Source: Trichoplax sp. H2
Lineage: Eukaryota
Length of the DNA stretch: 64,000 bases
Assembly: GCA_003344405.1 (NCBI GenBank)
Contig: NOWV01000003.1
Location: forward strand, 124,001 to 188,000
Direction: 5' to 3'
The notes below the pieces were generated by a model, which had not been told where the DNA came from, searched no databases, and was given only the letters and a program-made list of their open reading frames with translations. Each line of letters begins with the position of its first letter. Within the stretch, counting starts at the first letter, position 1. Of the stretch, positions 57,601 to 64,000 are shown piece by piece. The translations under genes were made by a program, and so were the position numbers.

Positions 57601-60016
57601 GATTTTTACAAGAAACTAGCTCTTGACTGTTGTAGTCATCAGATATGCATAGACTTGTTTTCGTTAGCGACACAATATGCTGACCTGTCATCTCTATGTT
57701 AGTCAAGCGTTTCAGTTTAAATTTAAGAAACATAAAGATATTCTTTGATGCTACTTTTTGTTACATTGCAGCATGCGTCTCTAAATATTCCGCTGGTTGT
57801 ATTTACTATTATTGTAACTATCATCGAACAAACAGTGCAATCTCGATGAAGTTTGAATCAGAATTTAGGTATAAATATTGATACTTTCGTTATAATTAGT
57901 TAATTAGTAAAGATCAATAATATCGCGAGTAGACATAAAATCTATTTGATAACATTTATAATTTTACTATAGACGATATCTTAGTCGAAGTCTTGGGTTA
58001 GAAGCGGTAATGAGAATTCGTTGTACTAGAGGTAGGTTTTATTTGATAGCCATTGATCAGGATATAGCGATGACGGAATGACAGGAATACGATGTTGCTT
58101 TATTTACAGGCCTATCCATCCACACCTTTTATGGAAACTTTTTTGTTCGTTCTACTGACTTGTTAGCATTGCCTAACATAAATCCAGACACTAGCTTTGG
58201 AATGCAAGTTTCTATTGAAGAATCTTTGAGCGATTTAAAGCTTGCATGTTTTCAAGCTGCTTTATTATATACCAATACCAAAGGTTGATAGTAATTCCGA
58301 TAGTTCAGCCTTTCTCTAGATTTTCACCATTTCAGTGTCATTTCACGAATATTTAAATGTTTGACATGCAGGAGAACGCAGGATAAGAGTGCATACATTA
58401 GCAATCCCAATTGTGGCATCACCTGACCAGATTTATAGATCGCTTGATTGTCGCCTTATAGTAAATTTGCTTTCTAAGATGGGTATGTTAGTTTACTTAG
58501 TGAGTTATAACCTTCTAATTTTCAAGCAATGTTGTTTTCTTAGTTATAATTTAAACACTTTTTAGCGGTAGATAGAACATTGACAGCATCAATAGGAGAT
58601 GCGCGAGAGGTAAATTACTGATTTAATGACCCATGTTTCTTTAGCATTATTAGTAGGAGTTTTTATACTAATAGCTGTCGCCCAGTACTTTATTAATTGA
58701 TATCTTATTCTTCACTTGTCAAGGCCTTGCTCAACGCTATAATAGATACTACAAAAGCATTTAAAGCTCACATTAGGTCATCGCAGAAATCTGAAGTTAT
58801 TCTTCCTTCATCATTGAAATTATTACCTCTTTACATCCTTGGGTTATTAAAACACGTAAGAAAATTGCCGTTGTTTTCAATTTGATGTAGCTTAATGAGT
58901 GAACTTGTTGTCGTTTATTAATGCTCCAGTAATTGTGAAAAGAGGATTTATCGCAAATTACGGCACTATTTTAACGCATGGTGCTACTGCGGTAATGCTC
59001 AATTGGTAGTTACGACTTAATTAGAAAGCTTATGAATCTACAACTTTATCCCAATTTGTAGACCGCATTTCGTTTAGGGACTAGCACATCATTAGATGCT
59101 CGAACATTCGCTTTACACCAATTCAACACTTTACCTGTCAAAACAGCTCTACTAACAATTTACCCAGCTCTTTATGCTCTTCATGATCTGGACAAAAACG
59201 TAATTAAGTGATGTTATACTCTAAGATTATACCGTATACAATAGTGTACAAATCAGATTATATGTTTCTTCTAGTGCAAAATCTTTACGCGACCGGTACA
59301 TCTGATTTGAACACTACAATAGGCATTATTAAATTTTTAAATCAATAGGAACCGATACGTACAGCTTCAGGAATAGTGCCTAATCCACCCCAATTACCTT
59401 TGTCGTGGGAAAAGATTTACAAGAATGGAATCTACCTTTTAGACGCTGGCACTGTGAGCAATAAAGTTTGTGTAGGTATATTTAAGTTACAAAAATAAAG
59501 TTGTATATTCCTGTTTTTGACACAGATAATATTCATATGGATCGGTAAAGCTGTTGACCCACGACTACTTAATGAATTATTCGACAAGGATAATTTCTTG
59601 AGTCTGCCAGACACCTACATGGTGAGAATCTTAATTGCATGTATTTGAGTTATTGTTTCGCGATTACGTTTTCTGTGCTACTCTACTTTCACGAAATTTA
59701 CACTTATCCGTGATTCCTTCCTTTCAGATTTCTCTACCTGAACTTAATAATGCATTGTCAAGTTCAGTAAGGAAATTTGTTAACACTCTGCGTCTTTCGA
59801 GACCAATTTGTCCTCCCCTATATATCATAAGGTAAGTTCATGAGTTTAAATACTCTCTTTATCATGTATATAAGATGCATCTTTCTTTGTGTCATATAAA
59901 ATAGGGAAGATAGCCGCTTTAGGAAAGAATTTAGCCAAAATTTCGTTAACGATCGAACGGAAGCCACGATGTCTTACTTTGAATTCATGGTTCATGTGCA
60001 AAAGCAGTTGATATAA
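51630..60016 (+). CDS. SEC24B: COPII coat cargo adaptor Sec24, A/B subfamily
   Basis: Many short exons. Zn finger RCRVCRAYLNPF...WKCNLC; EFIAPSEYMVRPPQPAVYLFMFDVS; GGRITVFQVSLPNFGPGAL; GNFFVRSTDLLALPN; GERRIRVHTL; ends DRTEATMSYFEFMVHVQKQLI* (stop 60014-16). The start and the Pro-rich N-terminal exons are less certain; A vs B cannot be distinguished. Confidence 0.93.
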
Positions 60017-61628
60017 TTTGTAAATTGATGTGATGTAATATTTGCTAATGTATTTTGATAGTATCCAAATCAGTAACATAGATGGCGATTTGTTTACTTC
60101 ACCAAAGTTGTCGTAGAAATAAACGCAATTTAGAAAACTGGCATCTTTCATTTCATTTTTATTAATTTTGGTTAATTTAAGATACTACAATGCCGTTTGA
60201 ATACGCATAACAGTAATATATCACTTTGGAGTCAAAACTGAATCGAAGTAGCTACAGCATAATAGCAGCGGTATGAATTATTTTTATTGTAAATGATGGC
60301 AACTACAACGGATGTGTGTAACCGCTGTGTTTTATGAATTGATGTACAAAAATTTTAAGGGGATTGCAATTATTAAAATTCAGTTACAATTTTCGTAGTC
60401 TGATATGCTTTCGATTACAACTCCACACGGTAAGATGGAATATCACTGCGGATGGCAGTTTCACAATAGTAAACAACTCTTACGTACATGCAGCGATAAG
60501 CACAGATCACAATATGTGAATGCAGTTAACTTAATTAACAATAATAAGAAATCGTTTTCGTTACACCAGTATAACATACATACAACTTGGCTATTACGAA
60601 AATTTTTAAAATACCAGATGCTAGTGTCGCATTATCGACAGACTATCTCAGATATGTCTTACTACCTACTACAAAAGATGCGAAGTTAAACACCATAGTG
60701 ACAAATAGTCATGGTATTTTTAAATTAGTTTAGAAAGGTTGCCTTTCAACTTTCATACTTACCAATGGATTGATTAGAATAGTTAAATCAAGAATCATGT
60801 AGCCTATGGTCTTGGTATAGAGGAACCTGCCTGCTTAATATAATGGATATAAAATCAGTATACTGTAATACAAGAGACATTTTTCGGATTTAGGCTAGCA
60901 TACGGAATCGCGAAATGATTGCTAATAAAATATAACGGCCAGACAATAGTCTCAGACTAATCAACACTGTTTACTTCAGCATCGTTATAAATATAGGACA
61001 CAGCTTGGCAAGCTAAATACAATTTTAACCCTTCTTGATAAGCCCATGCATTATCTTCCTATTACAATTATTACCGTAGATGGGTATATTTGACTAGCTG
61101 GCCTTTTAGATTATCATTTGTGATCCCAGCACTGTGGACTGTACACTATATCGTTATTTACGTAACAACAACAGCTACATGATGAGTCTCAAATATACTG
61201 TTAGCATACGAAGCTTGGTCTTGAAGCAGCAGGTAGAACTTGCCAAATAGATAAGTGCATAAACTAAATTCAAACTAGCTTATGATAACAATTAACGGTA
61301 AATGCAAAACCAACGTAATCATCCAATTACAAAGAGGGAATCGCAAGTCAAGCCTCAACCTTAATTCCGTAACCTCAGTCACATTTGTTGTGCGATAATA
61401 AACAAACGAGTATGACAGGTTCAATTGACAACACCTGTGCATCCACTTTCATATTTCTCATATCCTCGACAAAGTATTCCAAATTATATAGTATAGTTGT
61501 ACTGTACTGTACATTGGGTGTAAATATTGCAATATCAACTTCATTTATACAATATACAGTAGTGCCGTACAGTATATGCTTAGCAATGGTAAATTTTATC
61601 AATTTTAGGTAGCTGGTGGTCATCTTAC

Positions 61629-62620
61629 TTTATCAGCTTCCTCAAGTAAAGAAAGTAGATTATCCAGTTCTTCTTTATTCAGTTCCATTGTCAGATCACG
61701 ACAATTATTAATACAAAATGACAATGAGAGCAGAGGACTGTATAAATTAACCATACTGCTCGTAGATAAACCAATCTAAGAATGACGTGAAATACTCAGT
61801 AATTTATATGTTGAGACCGTAAGGTCACTCAGGCATCTACAACACAGAAAAGTAGCAAAGTGAACTAAAAAGTATTCCTGAATTTAGCCAGCTGCTAGCG
61901 AAGTACTACCTAAAAAAAATATTAAATGAGTGTCGATCGTTGTTTTCATTTAAACGGTAAACTCATTAGAAGCACAGTACAGTATATTGTATAATTGATA
62001 TTGTTATATTTATTAGTTCGTTACAGGCATGCATTATAAATATCCATAATATCCATGCAAAAAAACTGCAGATAAACGAGTATATTTCGTATGAACGTCT
62101 TCAATAAAGTAAGCTTCATAATCTTGTGGCTAGTTTCTAGTCACATACAACATTTACCAAAATGTATCGCCATTTACCTGCACTTGCCAATCAAAACTCT
62201 GAATATAGCGGGAAGAAAGGGATAAAAGCTGGTACCTCCAATGATAATCATTCTTTTTTCTTAAATCCGACTCATAATAACTTTTACAAATTTTTTTCCA
62301 CTTGACTGAAGTATGCTTTAAAAAATTAATAAAAACGCAAGTAAACCATACTGTACTACAGAAAATATATATTATACACTTCATTGGAAACGCTCCGTAA
62401 TATTATTTATTTACAGTTAAATACGCGTATAGCAGAATCAACACATTCCTAGAAGAATCTTGTCTCATTTACAATACATGAAACTTGTAAACAATCGCAC
62501 GATTTATTTAGCTACAGGAATCATTCGTACAGTTTAGGAGCGTATTCACGATCTATTACCAGCGAATTCAGATTTTACCCTCAAGCATTGATAGGATACG
62601 CAATGTTAGGTGCCTGACAG
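61629..62620 (-). CDS. COMMD8: COMM domain protein, COMMD8-like (partial; first and last exons not resolved)
   Basis: Exons 62305-62178 (...LSSRYIQSFDWQVQ) and 61775-61629 (IGLSTSSMVNLYSPLLSLSF...TMELNKEELDNLLSLLEEADK) resemble the COMMD8 COMM domain. A phase-compatible upstream exon at 62620-62579 is plausible. Confidence 0.75.
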
Positions 62621-62714
62621 CTAAATAGGCAGTTGTATCATCTTACCCTATCGTTGTTCGCAGTTAACGCAGCCATGATACCTTCTGTTGTGTTGCTTTA
62701 TTAATTTAAAGATA

Positions 62715-63620
62715 GTACTGTACTGTATGTACTGTAGTTATACAGTAGGTAGTGCTTTTCATAAAGGTAGTGGATCGTGGGCCTGTAGGTTGTTACCAGA
62801 GCTCCATACCGTACAATGCTATTGTTGATTTCTATGGTTGTTACTACTGTAGATACAAAATAAAGCAAAATACGATTGTACAGTATAATGTACTGTAATG
62901 GCTCTGTTGGCGAAGCGACAGATGACGGTTTAGCCCCTGAGTACTGTACTGTACAGTAGAGTACAGTACAAACCAAACTCGCTACAGTACATACTTTCAG
63001 AGGGTGACAATTGAGTTTGTAAAGACTGTACTGTACTGTACTGTAGATACTGTATAGTGTACAGTACCCTGAGTACAGTACCGTACTGGCGTACTGTAAT
63101 GCGGAGACTTATCATTTTTGGGGTCATACAAGACTGTACTGTACTATATACGGTATCAATGAAACCGTACACCACACTGTACTGTACAGTACAAAAAGCA
63201 ACATAGCAGGCTTATGGCTAATAGAATAGCATCTAAATTTGACGTCAATCGCGGACAATATAGTACAATATATCGTTGCAGACGTGCGAATACAGTTGAA
63301 ATGGCCAGTAAAACGATCAGCCTACACATTATCAGTATGTTGAACGACCATTTCCAGTCCTGTCTCTTTCTTTTTAGTAGTCCCTTCTAGAACTCATACA
63401 TATACAAAGTTTCAGTTAATTCTGCTAAGACATTTACGTAGTACTGTACACTGTACACTGTGTACAGTACAGTAAATGCAATCGTTTGATCTGCTTGGTA
63501 TTTCAGATTACAACACAGTGTACAGTACTGTACTGTACACTGTACAGTACAGTAAATATCCTAAGAGCTTTACAGTACTGTTCAGTACTGTACTGTAGTA
63601 CTGAATGAGTACAGTAGTAA
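62715..63620. repeat. (CAGTA/TACTG)n-rich region 5' of the recognisable COMMD8 exons
   Basis: Repeated pentamer runs; a TGACGTCA palindrome at 63240-63247. Confidence 0.85.
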
Positions 63621-64000
63621 AGACTGTAGCAAACGGACAGATCATCCATCTGTCCGTTTCGAGAAGTAAAAAAATTTTTTTGATTAGTACATCACTGTGC
63701 AAGACTTACGAGTACAGTATATCAATGGCGATGTCTTCTACAGCAGTAGCTGNNNNNNNNNNNNNNNNNNNNAGAAATGCTGATATCCGGTTGATAACTC
63801 CATTGTTCTCTAGTATTCGCGCCATATTTGATATTGAACCACTGATAACAGCCAGTTCCAAGCTGATTTACTATAAACTTTTGGACGTGTTCAGGGACTA
63901 TTTTGTAGATATTTGATCATGCGTACGCTGTAGAATTTAGATAATGATATCAGCAAAAACTAGATTAACAGCTTTAGTACAAGGAAAAAAGACTGTAAAA

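Overview
AT-rich, intron-dense animal genomic DNA. Short GT-AG introns, abundant (CAGTA/TACTG)n repeats and the gene set suggest a placozoan (Trichoplax-like); that is inference, not shown by the sequence. Hand-spliced genes, left to right: UBE2D (-, runs off the left edge, missed by the ORF track); a Pax gene with paired domain and S50 homeodomain (+); an internally deleted Helitron (-); a PKG II-like kinase (+); two head-to-head paralogs, each apparently made of three fused MS4A/CD20-like 4-TM modules (~12 TM); a 3-SapB prosaposin-like gene (+); a membrane-anchored plant-type 'pathogen-related protein' (+); ARPC4 (-); a peptide-receptor-like class A GPCR (+); PP2A catalytic subunit (-); SEC24A/B (+); and part of COMMD8 (-). 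The best candidate for an undescribed system is the triple-MS4A pair. Also notable: a perfect 68-bp-arm intronic palindrome whose arms co-vary between apparent haplotypes, CAGTA arrays concentrated upstream of housekeeping genes, and two Helitron 3' ends bracketing the Pax gene. Four N-gaps are flanked by duplicated, probably allelic, sequence. All family assignments come from manual translation and motif recognition; no database search was run.
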